DNA from: Histomonas meleagridis 2922-C6/04-290x
Lineage: Eukaryota; Protista; Parabasalia
Assembly (NCBI GenBank): GCA_020184695.1
Contig: JAANOX010000116.1
Coordinates: 62,001-126,000, forward strand
Direction of reading: 5' to 3'
Length of the DNA: 64,000 bases
Under the pieces are notes generated by a model, which had not been told where the DNA came from, ran no database searches, and saw only the letters and a program-made list of their open reading frames with translations. Positions 10,861 to 20,591 of this stretch are shown piece after piece. Every line of letters begins with the position of its first letter. Positions within the stretch are counted from its first letter, which is position 1. A program made the position numbers and the translations under genes.

Positions 10861-11676
10861 AATGCTAAAAATATTTATTTTAATAATTTTGGAATATTTC
10901 AAAATAATATTTAGAAATTGTTTAAATTATTTGAAACAGCACTTATTTTAGCTTCTGAAAAAGGTTATACAGAAATAGTTAAATTACTTCTTGAACAAGA
11001 AGGAAATGATATTAATGCTAAAAATATTTATTTGTTTTATTTGAAATTTATTTTAATAATTTTGGATTTCAATATAATTTTTGAAAATTATTTAAATTGT
11101 TTAAAACAGCACTTAATATTGCATCTTCAAAAGGTTATACAGAAATAGTTAAAATAATTCTTGAACAAGAAGGAATTGATATTAATGCTAAAAATATTTA
11201 TTTTAATAATTTTGGAATATTTCAAAATAATATTTAGAAATTGTTTAAATTATTTGAAACAGCACTTATTTTAGCTTCTGAAAAAGGTTATACAGAAATA
11301 GTTAAATTACTTCTTGAACAAGAAGGAAATGATATTAATGCTAAAAATATTTATTTGTTTTATTTGAAATTAATATTAATAATTTGATATTATAAAGTAA
11401 TATTCGGAAACTATTTAAATAATTTTATACAGCACTAATATTAGCGTCAGAAAAAGGTTATACAGAAATAGTTCAATTACTTCTTGAACAAGAAGGAATT
11501 GATATTAACGCTAAAAATATTTATTTGTTTTATTTAATATTTATTGTAATAATTTAATATTTTAAAATTATATTTGGTAATTATTTAAAACATTTCAAAC
11601 AGCTCTTGCTATCGCAACTAGAAATGATAACAAAGATATAATCAATTTGTTTAATGAACATGAAACTAATGAGTAA
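10861..11676 (+). repeat. Continuation of the 170-nt ankyrin/spacer array
   Basis: Thr codons at 10936, 11106, 11259, 11429 and 11599 (periods 170, 153, 170, 170). Confidence 0.9.
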
Positions 11677-11890
11677 AAATGTCCATTATTGGAATTTTAT
11701 GTGTTTATTGTTATGAGTGTTACATGATTTGAATTACCATAAAATAGTGAACTTCTTTTTGTTGTAGATAATAGAATTATAATTAACGAAAAGAAGATTA
11801 TGGCAAATGAAGTGTATTTTTCGAAATCATTTGTTGTGAAGATTAACGGTCTCTTGTATGCGTTGCTATCGTTCGATTGGCACTTTTTAA

Positions 11891-12571
11891 ATGTTGGTTG
11901 GATTGTTCTTCTTATTTGAAATCGTTTTTTGTGTTCACAAAGAGTTAAATATATCAACATTCGTTGAAGGAGAATGGAATGCTACAATAAGTCATATTAA
12001 TAGTGAAGGCGAAATTGGTCAATCTGAAGGATTAATATTCATTAATTTTACAAAAGAATCTGAAATGAAAAACTCTTTCATAGGAACTCTTAAAGGATAT
12101 GACTATGAATTTGATGTTAGAATCATAATTAGTGATGAAAATCCTCAACAGTTCACAATTGAAAAAGATTTTCCTCTTATGCCACACCAATTTGTTACCA
12201 AAGCAGAAATGACCTATGGAAAGAGGAACATGCCATATGCAAGAGGTAAATGGCAAAACTCGACTCAACATTTTCAGATTTTGGTTTTCACTCAATTTCG
12301 TTTTGAACTATCTATTTATAGAACTCATGAAAAAACGGTTGAGGTCATTAGATTTGTTAAGACTCCAAAACCACAATATCCATCAATATTTTCTGCCATT
12401 TTACCATCAATACTTATTGGTATTCTTTTCATAATATATAAATTATATCGCGTTCATGAATATATAGAGGATCAAGAAGCAAAATCTAAGCAGGCTGCTG
12501 CTAAAAAGAAGGGTGAAGAAGGTAAATCACCAAATCAAGATAAGATATCAAATAAGCAAAAAACCGAATAA
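11891..12571 (+). CDS. Hypothetical type I membrane protein
   Basis: 226-aa ORF with an N-terminal hydrophobic signal (MLVGLFFLFEIVFC), one TM (IFSAILPSILIGILFIIY) and a basic tail. Confidence 0.7.
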   Translation: MLVGLFFLFEIVFCVHKELNISTFVEGEWNATISHINSEGEIGQSEGLIFINFTKESEMKNSFIGTLKGYDYEFDVRIIISDENPQQFTIEKDFPLMPHQFVTKAEMTYGKRNMPYARGKWQNSTQHFQILVFTQFRFELSIYRTHEKTVEVIRFVKTPKPQYPSIFSAILPSILIGILFIIYKLYRVHEYIEDQEAKSKQAAAKKKGEEGKSPNQDKISNKQKTE

Positions 12572-12770
12572 ATACATAAAATATTTTACTATTTTAATAA
12601 ATATTTATATTTTTGTAATTTAATAATGTTAAATATTTATTGATTTATCTCTTTTGATATATTAAAAGAAATTGATTCGTTTTTTTATTGATATAGTTTT
12701 GATGTTTGTTTGTAAATTTGCCTTAATAATTGAATATATATATAAAAATGAAAAATATTACATCATTTTA

Positions 12771-13634
12771 TTATGTTTTGCCTTTCTCTATAAGTAAATC
12801 AGCTACTTCATTGCGTTTATGTATAATTGTAAACTTGAATGCGGTACCGCATTCGATAATAATATATTCACCAATTTTCATTCCATTTTTTAATAAAAAT
12901 AAAAGAATTTCATAGTTTCCACATTGAATGCAATAATATTCAATTATATTCAAAATACTGTAGTTTTGGATTCGTTGTTGATAGTTTTCGCCTAATTTTT
13001 CTTATTATTAATATCTAATTTTTCTAATTTATTTTCATAAATATATTTAAAAATATCATTTCGATGAAATTGAATTGCTGCTTCATATGCACCTTCAAAT
13101 ATTGAATGATTTTGTTCACATAAATGAATGATTTCTTCATTTCCACCTGCAACTGCATATTTACCTGTGTTTTTTACATTAGAGCCTTTCGCAAGCAAAT
13201 ATTTAAAACATATAATAGCAGAAAAAAAATGCTGCATAATCAATTAATGTAACATTCTTTTGATTAATCAAAGAACATCTTTCATAAAGTGATGGTTTAA
13301 TATATTGATTAAAATTAAAATTTGTTTGTGATGATATTTCTTGAAGTTTTTCTATTTCATCATTTCGAATTATTTTCGCAATTTCTAATTGATTAATTCC
13401 TTCACGAATTAATTTCTTATGAAGTTCCCAATTGTTCTTTGAAAGTTCTTCATAATTCTCAATAAAATTGTTTTCCGTTATCATATAACTCATCATTTTA
13501 TTTTTTTTTTCTGTTTTATATTGTGCAAAGTATTTTATTGTTTCCTGAACTATTGATTCAAGGTTCCCTTGAGTTAGGTTAAATATGTTTTTATAAAGTG
13601 GACATAGTAGTTGTGAGAATATATTTGATTCCAT
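12771..13634 (-). pseudogene. Truncated DUF3447/ankyrin family copy
   Basis: Same core (NYEELSKNNWELHKKLI...LIDYAAFF / AIICFKYLL...GGNEEIIHLCEQ) split by frameshifts at ~13230 and ~12960; it decays before the repeat array. Confidence 0.75.
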
Positions 13635-13709
13635 TTTATGAAAAAAACTTGTTTACAAGCCGTTTAATTGTACGGTCAATTTCAATTGAAAATATTCTAA
13701 ACGTAAAAA

Positions 13710-15590
13710 ATGGTTGAACTGGTTATTCCAGATTTTCTTTTAATTGACACACCTCCAGTTTTAACCAAAGATACACTAGAATGTGAACCTGCTGATCTAT
13801 CTGAACTACCAATATCAGTTGAAGAAAAAGCTTTAATTTCTGATCTTTTTTATTGCCTAATTGGTTGTGATGGTATTTATATCAAAAGAAATGAAAACGG
13901 AAACTTCAAAATGGCTTCAAATGCACGTGAGTCAGCTACAAATTTTATTGAAAAAATGTTACCTTCATGTGATAATTTTTTGATTGTTCAAAAGTATTCC
14001 GAGTCACATCTTGAATTTAAATATGGTAGAACATCTCACGCTTTGTGTGCTGCCTTAAGGACTTTTCTTCATGATTATATTCAACAGATTGCTGATTTAG
14101 AAGTCCAACCAAACATGACGCTTTCATTATTGCTTATACATCTTCAAATTCCTGCAGAAATTTTAAAAATTGCAGCTACTCTTGTTAAGAAAATTCAAAA
14201 TTTACATGGAACTCAGATCACAATAGTAATCTACAAAATGCTTCTTTCTTTAAGAGGTAATCCGCATCTCAACAAATTTCTTTCGTTTTTATTTAACGAA
14301 TCCATACAACCTTTACTTGAATTCATTGATAAATGGGTTTTCCTAGGTGAAGTTGATGATCCTCATAATGAATTTTTCATTCGTGTGAACCGAAAAGTCA
14401 CACGTAAAGACACCATTCCTGATAGTTTTTGGGATGATCGATATTCGATAATTCATGATATGGTTCCCAACTTCATTCCTCGTAGCGTTATCGATCGAAT
14501 TTTCTCGTCTGGTAAATCCCAATCAATTCTAAGTAAGTTTGGCAACATTAAATTATCGATCACTCGTCACCTCACATTTAAAGATTTACAATTTGAATCT
14601 CTGCTTACCAAAATATGGAAAATTTCTGCGACCACTCTTATTAATTTATTTGTTCATGAGCATCGACTTCTTTCATGTTTAGGGGCACTTAAAGATGTCT
14701 TTTTATGTCAACGTGGTGATTGGTTATCATTATTTTTACGAGCAGCAGATTCAACACTTCGAAAACCACGTGAGCAAATAACGCCACAAGATTTCGAGCC
14801 ATATATTTTAGCCATTTTCAACAAAGATTATTATAAATTCATCACTGCATCTATTGAACAAGATCAACTTCCATTTTCATTACAAGTTATACATTCATTT
14901 GGGAAATCAATTGTATCAAAGAATGCGCGAAAAGCTAAAGTTACTTCAAGTAAATCATTATGGGAATATTTCACATTTAAGCCAAAGATTCCGGAGCCAT
15001 TAAATTTACTTTTCACGGAAGCAGCGCAACAAAAGTATACATTTCTATTCAGACATATGTTGTTATGGAGAAGACTTGAACAAAAGTTTTGTCACGATTG
15101 GAAACTTAAAAAGACTATAAAAGAAATTAGTGTTGCGCGACACTCAATGCATGTGTTTATTACCGCTTATTTAAACTTCATGACAACTATAATCGTGCAT
15201 CCTTATTGGAGTACGTTCGAAAAACAAATCCAAGAAGTCGATGATATCGAACACTTATGTTCTGCTCATGAACAATTATTACAACAGTTGATAAAAGGAT
15301 GCTTCATCTTGAATGAAAAGATTTATAAAAGATTAACTTATATATCAACACTTTGTTGGCATTTCGCAAAGGAGTTGAAAAAATGGAACAGATCAATAGC
15401 TAATGAAATGACAGAAATAGAAACAATGAAAAAACTGGCTGAACCTGTGCTGAAGTTTTATGAGAGATTTAAAAAGGCTGTGAAGGATTTGATTCAAGAA
15501 TTAACTGTTCAGGCCGAAAGAGACGTCGATCAATGCTATTTGAACTTCGTTTTGTTGTGTATCACTGTAAATCCGGAATTCCAAAAGTAA
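13710..15590 (+). CDS. GCP2: Gamma-tubulin complex component, Spc97/GCP2 family
   Basis: 626 aa; EEKALISDLFYCLIGCDGIYI, PLLEFIDKWVFLGEVDDPHNEFF and FWDDRY are typical GRIP1/GRIP2 motifs. Confidence 0.8.
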   Translation: MVELVIPDFLLIDTPPVLTKDTLECEPADLSELPISVEEKALISDLFYCLIGCDGIYIKRNENGNFKMASNARESATNFIEKMLPSCDNFLIVQKYSESHLEFKYGRTSHALCAALRTFLHDYIQQIADLEVQPNMTLSLLLIHLQIPAEILKIAATLVKKIQNLHGTQITIVIYKMLLSLRGNPHLNKFLSFLFNESIQPLLEFIDKWVFLGEVDDPHNEFFIRVNRKVTRKDTIPDSFWDDRYSIIHDMVPNFIPRSVIDRIFSSGKSQSILSKFGNIKLSITRHLTFKDLQFESLLTKIWKISATTLINLFVHEHRLLSCLGALKDVFLCQRGDWLSLFLRAADSTLRKPREQITPQDFEPYILAIFNKDYYKFITASIEQDQLPFSLQVIHSFGKSIVSKNARKAKVTSSKSLWEYFTFKPKIPEPLNLLFTEAAQQKYTFLFRHMLLWRRLEQKFCHDWKLKKTIKEISVARHSMHVFITAYLNFMTTIIVHPYWSTFEKQIQEVDDIEHLCSAHEQLLQQLIKGCFILNEKIYKRLTYISTLCWHFAKELKKWNRSIANEMTEIETMKKLAEPVLKFYERFKKAVKDLIQELTVQAERDVDQCYLNFVLLCITVNPEFQK

Positions 15591-15843
15591 ACAAATGTTT
15601 TCATATTAATTTTTATCCTGTTTTAAGCTTCGGAATTAGGAGGCAGAAGAAGAATAAAAGAAGTAAAATTTATGCATTTTATGATCAATTTAAAGTTACT
15701 TTATGTAATTCATGCCAATTTGTTGATTAAAAATACTTCTAAAGAATACATTTATAAATGATGAAAAAATTTCAGAGGTAAATGCAAAACTGACATGGCC
15801 AATTCGGAGGAGGTTTGAGCGGTTATTGTAGGCATTGCAAAAA

Positions 15844-16215
15844 ATGACGTCGAACCCAACCGATATCCGATTTCGTCTTAAGTTTCACAAACCTCATTAC
15901 CAAATATTTGTTGGTGGTGTTAGATACTCAGCAAAAGAGGAAGAAATACGAAATCTTTTTTCGCAATTTGGAAAAGTTATATCCGTGATAATCCCCCTCT
16001 CGAGATCAGGATATACAAAAGGATGTGCTTACGTAACTTTCACAAAAGAAGCTGATGCAAAGGAAGCTATTGCACACCTTGATAAAACAACCTTCCAAGG
16101 GAGAACTATCTATGTCGAAGAGAAAAGAGAGTACGATGAAAATCTCCCAAGGATAGATCCTAGAAATCCCGATCAACCAGGAAAATATTTCCCTCGAAAA
16201 AAATCTGATGATTAA
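15844..16215 (+). CDS. Single-RRM RNA-binding protein
   Basis: RNP2 IFVGGV and RNP1 KGCAYVTF; first ATG at 15844. Confidence 0.85.
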   Translation: MTSNPTDIRFRLKFHKPHYQIFVGGVRYSAKEEEIRNLFSQFGKVISVIIPLSRSGYTKGCAYVTFTKEADAKEAIAHLDKTTFQGRTIYVEEKREYDENLPRIDPRNPDQPGKYFPRKKSDD

Positions 16216-16689
16216 AAAATTGTTATTGAAACTTTACAATAAACTTCCATATATTACCTGTTTTCTCCAGGGTTTGTTCATTAAGGAAAATTTGTATTTT
16301 TAGATATGGTTGCATACTTATCATTTGATTTAAATTTCTATGCTTATTTGACATAATTGAAGAAGCTATATCCTGACTACATAATGATAAGAAAATTAAA
16401 ATTTTGATTCAACATTATTTGGTATTATTTTTTTATTTTTCTAATTTGAGCAATATTACACTGAGCCAAACTTAGTGTATTGTAAAATGGAAAAGGGCTT
16501 TGATTTGATGAAGAAATAATAAATATTAATTTTTTTAATCAATTATCCAAAATGGTAATTTACTTAAAAAATTATTTATTTCGTGTCGTACGACTGAAAT
16601 AAAATATATAAAGAGAAGCATATATTTCTAATTTTTATATACTAAAAATTAATATCGAGTGTTTTCAAAATAATTTTTACTGGCTAAAC

Positions 16690-17130
16690 TTAAGACTTAA
16701 TTTCACGCATCAACAAGTAAACATTACGAGCAATTGGGATTTGACTTAATGCATGTTGTTCGCCAGTCAACTTCATTAATAATCCGCCAAAAGAAACATA
16801 CACAGTAGCTTTATGGTTAGCACTATCTTCTTCATAGCGGTAAACTTTTCCATACATAATATAATCAAATTTTGAAGCAAACGTTGAGTTTTGTAACATT
16901 CCTGGATGCCAGTGTGTAGAATCACTTGGTGCTTCTGTTGATATTTCTTGGGAAATAACAAGGGAAAAATATTCATCTTGCCTCATTTCATAGAGTTGTG
17001 AATTAATATCTAATATAAGTTGTGAATCACCGCTTTCGTTGCTGCAAACAATACGTTGGATGTTATCAAAAGATCTTCCTTCAGGATCTATGGCATTTAC
17101 AGTGAAGTTATCAGTAAAAAGTTCAGTCAT
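16690..17130 (-). CDS. RPB8: RNA polymerase I/II/III shared subunit RPB8 (RPABC3)
   Basis: MTELFTDNFTVNAIDPEGRSFD...LILDINSQLY...FDYIMYGKVY...YVSFGGLLMKLTG; ATG at 17130. Confidence 0.92.
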   Translation of the reverse strand: MTELFTDNFTVNAIDPEGRSFDNIQRIVCSNESGDSQLILDINSQLYEMRQDEYFSLVISQEISTEAPSDSTHWHPGMLQNSTFASKFDYIMYGKVYRYEEDSANHKATVYVSFGGLLMKLTGEQHALSQIPIARNVYLLMREIKS

Positions 17131-17429
17131 GTTGGAAAATGCCCGACCAATGCAATTGCCCTTAAAAGGGTAATTTCCTCGAGTCCGTTTATTATATCCA
17201 AACAAAAACAGCTTTCACCCACCAGAATCAAATGATTCCATGCAAACTTAGTCATTTTTGGTGATTGTTAATATTGGTACAATTTTTATTTAATTTCTTT
17301 TGAATCTTGTTAATTAATTTTCTATTCGAAAATTCAATATAAGACATTACATGCCTGCTTTACTTCGAAAACACAAACCAACCATCAGATCTTAACAAGC
17401 AAGACAAAAAAATATTACCTTTATTTTAT

Positions 17430-18272
17430 CTACTTATTATCATTTTCCAGTGAATCAAGTAACTCTTGGTTACGGGAGATTCTGTTAGTCCTTCTGACCC
17501 TCCTCTTTGTTCTTGTAATTTCTTGAGAATCATCATCAGTTGGAAATGGTTCTACCAATTCCATTGGCTTCCCACCGAGCTCCATGAGCCTTGTTTCGAT
17601 CTGTTTCGGTGTGTCCGGGACTTCGGCCTTTTTCCACAAATCTCTAAAATATTGTGGCGCTTGTCTTGCTTTGAGCTCTGGGTCGAAGTAATAGTAAAGT
17701 TTGTTCTTTTTATCTTCGTCAGAGTTAAACTGACCAATTTTTCCTTCTTCTACAAGTGCAGCCAAATCTTTCTCAAATCCTTTGTATGCGCCTTGTAGGT
17801 CAGATAATTTGACGCTTTTCTCTTGTTCAAGAGTTTCTAGTAGTTGGTTGCGATCGAAAATTTCTAAATCAACACGATATGAATATAATTTTTCATTATA
17901 TGTGATTCTTGGATTGTTCTTTAAAGCTTTTCGAAGACCTGGTATTGACTTGATCTCGAATTTTTTGTTGCCCTTTTTTTGGAAATGTTCGTTGATTTCT
18001 TCTTCTGAAACTGGTGGTTGCCCATTTTCTGATCTTTCTTTTAAGTAATTTTGAATGTTCATAATATGATAAGTAGCCATAAGGCCTTCATCTTGCGCAT
18101 CTTCGGCTTGCCTACGATTTATTCCTGAAAGAAATGCTCCAGCATTCACAGGTAATTCTGTTGATTCTGAGTTTTTTCTCCTATGTGACTTCTTCTTTTT
18201 TCGTGAGCTCATGTTTGAGTTGATATCATTGAGAAATTGTTTTGTAATGTCTTCTGTTGATTTAGCTTTCAT
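17430..18272 (-). CDS. TFA2: General transcription factor TFIIE beta subunit
   Basis: ALKNNPRI..YSYR, LSDLQGAY and YFRDLWKK resemble the TFIIE-beta winged-helix segments, with a basic C-terminal tail. Confidence 0.7.
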   Translation of the reverse strand: MKAKSTEDITKQFLNDINSNMSSRKKKKSHRRKNSESTELPVNAGAFLSGINRRQAEDAQDEGLMATYHIMNIQNYLKERSENGQPPVSEEEINEHFQKKGNKKFEIKSIPGLRKALKNNPRITYNEKLYSYRVDLEIFDRNQLLETLEQEKSVKLSDLQGAYKGFEKDLAALVEEGKIGQFNSDEDKKNKLYYYFDPELKARQAPQYFRDLWKKAEVPDTPKQIETRLMELGGKPMELVEPFPTDDDSQEITRTKRRVRRTNRISRNQELLDSLENDNK

Positions 18273-18303
18273 TTAGCACTTTTATTGAATAAACTAAACA
18301 AAT

Positions 18304-18861
18304 ATGTCACTTTTCAATAACCAGATGTGCACAAAAAGCGTTGATCAAATTTCACAAGAAGAAAAATTAATGCACGAAAAATATATGAGAGAAGCATTAA
18401 GTATAACAGATAATGCTTATGATGAATGCGAAGTAACAATTGGGTGCGTTATTGTTCATAATTCCGAAATTATAGCTAAAGGATGGAACTTAACAAATCA
18501 ACTTAACGATGCAACTAGACATGCAGAGCTTGTTGCTTTTGATGAAATCATCTCTAAATATCCAAATGGCAAAGAAATCATACGAGAATCTACATTATAT
18601 GTTACATGTGAGCCATGCATAATGTGCGCTAGCGCTATAAAAATGCTTGGTATCAAACTTGTTGTGTTTGGTTGCAAAAATGATCGCTTTGGTGGTTGTG
18701 GTTCTGTATTTTCAATTAACACAGACAAGCACATGCCGAAACTAAAGTCGTACGACTGCATCAGTGGCGTTTTGGAGGAAGAAGCTATAAATGTTTTACA
18801 GAAGTTTTATGGAAGAAAGAATCCAAAAACGCATGAAGGCGAAGAAAATTTAATGAAATAA
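18304..18861 (+). CDS. ADAT2: tRNA-specific adenosine-34 deaminase catalytic subunit
   Basis: HAE and PCIMC zinc motifs, LYVTCEPC, FGCKNDRFGGCGSV. Confidence 0.88.
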   Translation: MSLFNNQMCTKSVDQISQEEKLMHEKYMREALSITDNAYDECEVTIGCVIVHNSEIIAKGWNLTNQLNDATRHAELVAFDEIISKYPNGKEIIRESTLYVTCEPCIMCASAIKMLGIKLVVFGCKNDRFGGCGSVFSINTDKHMPKLKSYDCISGVLEEEAINVLQKFYGRKNPKTHEGEENLMK

Positions 18862-19082
18862 GAATTATTGTTTATAAACATGTATAATAACCAAGCATTT
18901 TAGTATTTAGTTTAAAAAAAAATTGATGTGATTTCTTATTTTACTAAAAAAAAAAAAAAATTAATAAAATATTGTGCATTTATTCGGAAAAAAATGTTTT
19001 CACCGGGTCAAAGTTAAGAGTTTGGTAATAAATAATATCAATTTTGTGAAATTTGATTCGAAATTTGAAATTTCTTTTATTT

Positions 19083-19406
19083 TTAATGCGACTTAGCAGC
19101 TTCAATGAAGCCTTTAGTAAAGTCTTTGATTTGATCAAACGTGGCAAATTTTGAAGGATGAAATGATAAAATAAAAGTTATTGTTGGTGTTGAAAATTGT
19201 TTGGCTAATTGCATTACAAGGAGATTAAGCATTTCATTTTCTTGACCCATAAGTTGTTGTAATTCAATATCATTATCTTTTTCAGTCATTATAATATTTC
19301 CTATGCCAGGTATAGAATTGTGAATAATAACAACTGCGTTGTCTGCATAAAAAGAAATAGATATCTCAAATTCGCCTACTTGGAGCTTGGTTCTGTTTTT
19401 TTCCAT
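19083..19406 (-). CDS. Small protein, possibly proteasome assembly chaperone PAC3/PAC4-like
   Basis: 107-aa ORF with M2 motif AAAGTGAC just upstream. The pattern (GIGNII...QLMGQENEML) only loosely resembles PSMG3. Confidence 0.45.
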   Translation of the reverse strand: MEKNRTKLQVGEFEISISFYADNAVVIIHNSIPGIGNIIMTEKDNDIELQQLMGQENEMLNLLVMQLAKQFSTPTITFILSFHPSKFATFDQIKDFTKGFIEAAKSH

Positions 19407-19887
19407 TTTGTGTCACTTTTGACTGGCTAAAAAATAAAAAACAAAATAAAAAATTCTCGTGTTCTGGCTGACTTCTGATAAAAATCCAAATCAAATATTC
19501 AAAGCTAAAATCAGATGAAATACTTACTATCTATTTTCTAAGGAACAAGGGATGACTTTATAATGATAATTATCAGATGAGAAGAATTTCACTTTTGGTA
19601 GGTGATCATAATGAAGCTTAATTACATTGAATGTATTCTACAATCAAAATGATCTGTACTTAATAAGTTATTTGCCAATTAACTTACCCTCTCTATTTTT
19701 GGTCAAATGTTTTATCGGTTGCGGTTTTTTCGGTGAACGAAATTTAAATGTTTGGAAATTTTTATTGAAAAATTTTGTAAATAAAATCTTGCTTTTTAAT
19801 TTTAAACTGATCCAATGAATTAACTGCTGAAAAACGCGGTAGAAAAACTGTTGTGTTTAAACGGTTCAACATCATATCACAAAGAAT

Positions 19888-20508
19888 ATGCAACTAAATG
19901 TAAGAGTTATTGAAGCCCAAGGGCTTCCAAAAATGGACAAATTTGGAAAAGTTGATGGATATGTCGTTGTACAACTTAAGGGGGAAAGTCTTCAACGTAG
20001 AACAAGAGTAATTCAAAAAGAATACAATCCAAAATGGAACCAAGAATTCTCATTCCCACTTAGAAATCCAGCTACGCAGTCAGTTTTATTTACACTCAAG
20101 GATCAAGATGCTGTTGGTAATGATGATACAATTGGAACAATTGAAATTCCTATATCATCAATTCCAGCAAATATTGTTGTTGATCGTTGGTTAGACCCAC
20201 GGCCAGCTCGTGGTGTTAAGAATCCAGGTAAGATTCACTTGCTATTACATGTTGCGGATAAGAAAGTTAAACCATTTTCTGCGCCTGTTCAACCACCACC
20301 AGGTGTATATCCGCCAGCGCCGGCACCTGCAGGATATGGTGCTCCTCCTCCGCCTCCACAGCAACAAATCTACGGAGCACCACCTCCAGGTTATCCTCCT
20401 CCAGGCTACGGAGCACCTCCACCACCAGGATATGCTCCACCAGGTTATGCTCCACCTCCTCCAGGCCACGGAGCTCCACCGGGTTATGGCGCACCGTATC
20501 ATCATTAG
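19888..20508 (+). CDS. C2-domain protein with Pro/Gly/Tyr-rich (XYPPX-like) tail
   Basis: LNVRVIEAQGLPKMDKFGKVDGYV...YNPKWNQEF...DQDAVGNDDTIG followed by GYPPPG/GYAPP repeats. Confidence 0.9.
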   Translation: MQLNVRVIEAQGLPKMDKFGKVDGYVVVQLKGESLQRRTRVIQKEYNPKWNQEFSFPLRNPATQSVLFTLKDQDAVGNDDTIGTIEIPISSIPANIVVDRWLDPRPARGVKNPGKIHLLLHVADKKVKPFSAPVQPPPGVYPPAPAPAGYGAPPPPPQQQIYGAPPPGYPPPGYGAPPPPGYAPPGYAPPPPGHGAPPGYGAPYHH

Positions 20509-20591
20509 TAAAATTCTTTTCTCTTTACCAAAAAATTGATGTACAAAATCTAAATATTTTATATAAAAACAAATTCTATACTAACAAACAA

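Larger units (their letters stand above)
7260..11676 (+). pseudogene. DUF3447/ankyrin-repeat gene with spacer-interrupted repeats; this copy also has a 22-nt deletion and a 650-bp insertion
   Basis: ATG 7260 begins MGGNQS (N-myristoylation consensus). DUF3447-like core, frameshift after 8075, then about 15 blocks of the type TALILASEKGYTEIVKLLLEQEGIDINAKN. The terminal repeat ends in TAA at 11674-11676. Confidence 0.7.

Noticed and set aside
8503-11676. 170-nt repeat/spacer array as a CRISPR-like array
   Set aside because: The conserved part is protein-coding ankyrin sequence, the spacers are homologous to each other, the host is eukaryotic and there are no cas genes.
16690-18272. RPB8 and TFIIE-beta adjacency as a functional transcription cluster
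   Set aside because: Two genes only; chance adjacency in a gene-dense genome cannot be excluded without synteny data.
19520-19700. U1 snRNA-like ATACTTACT plus GATCATAATGAAG and a T-rich Sm-like site
   Set aside because: Spacing does not fit U1, there is no U1A loop or convincing stems, and the sequence is as AT-rich as background.
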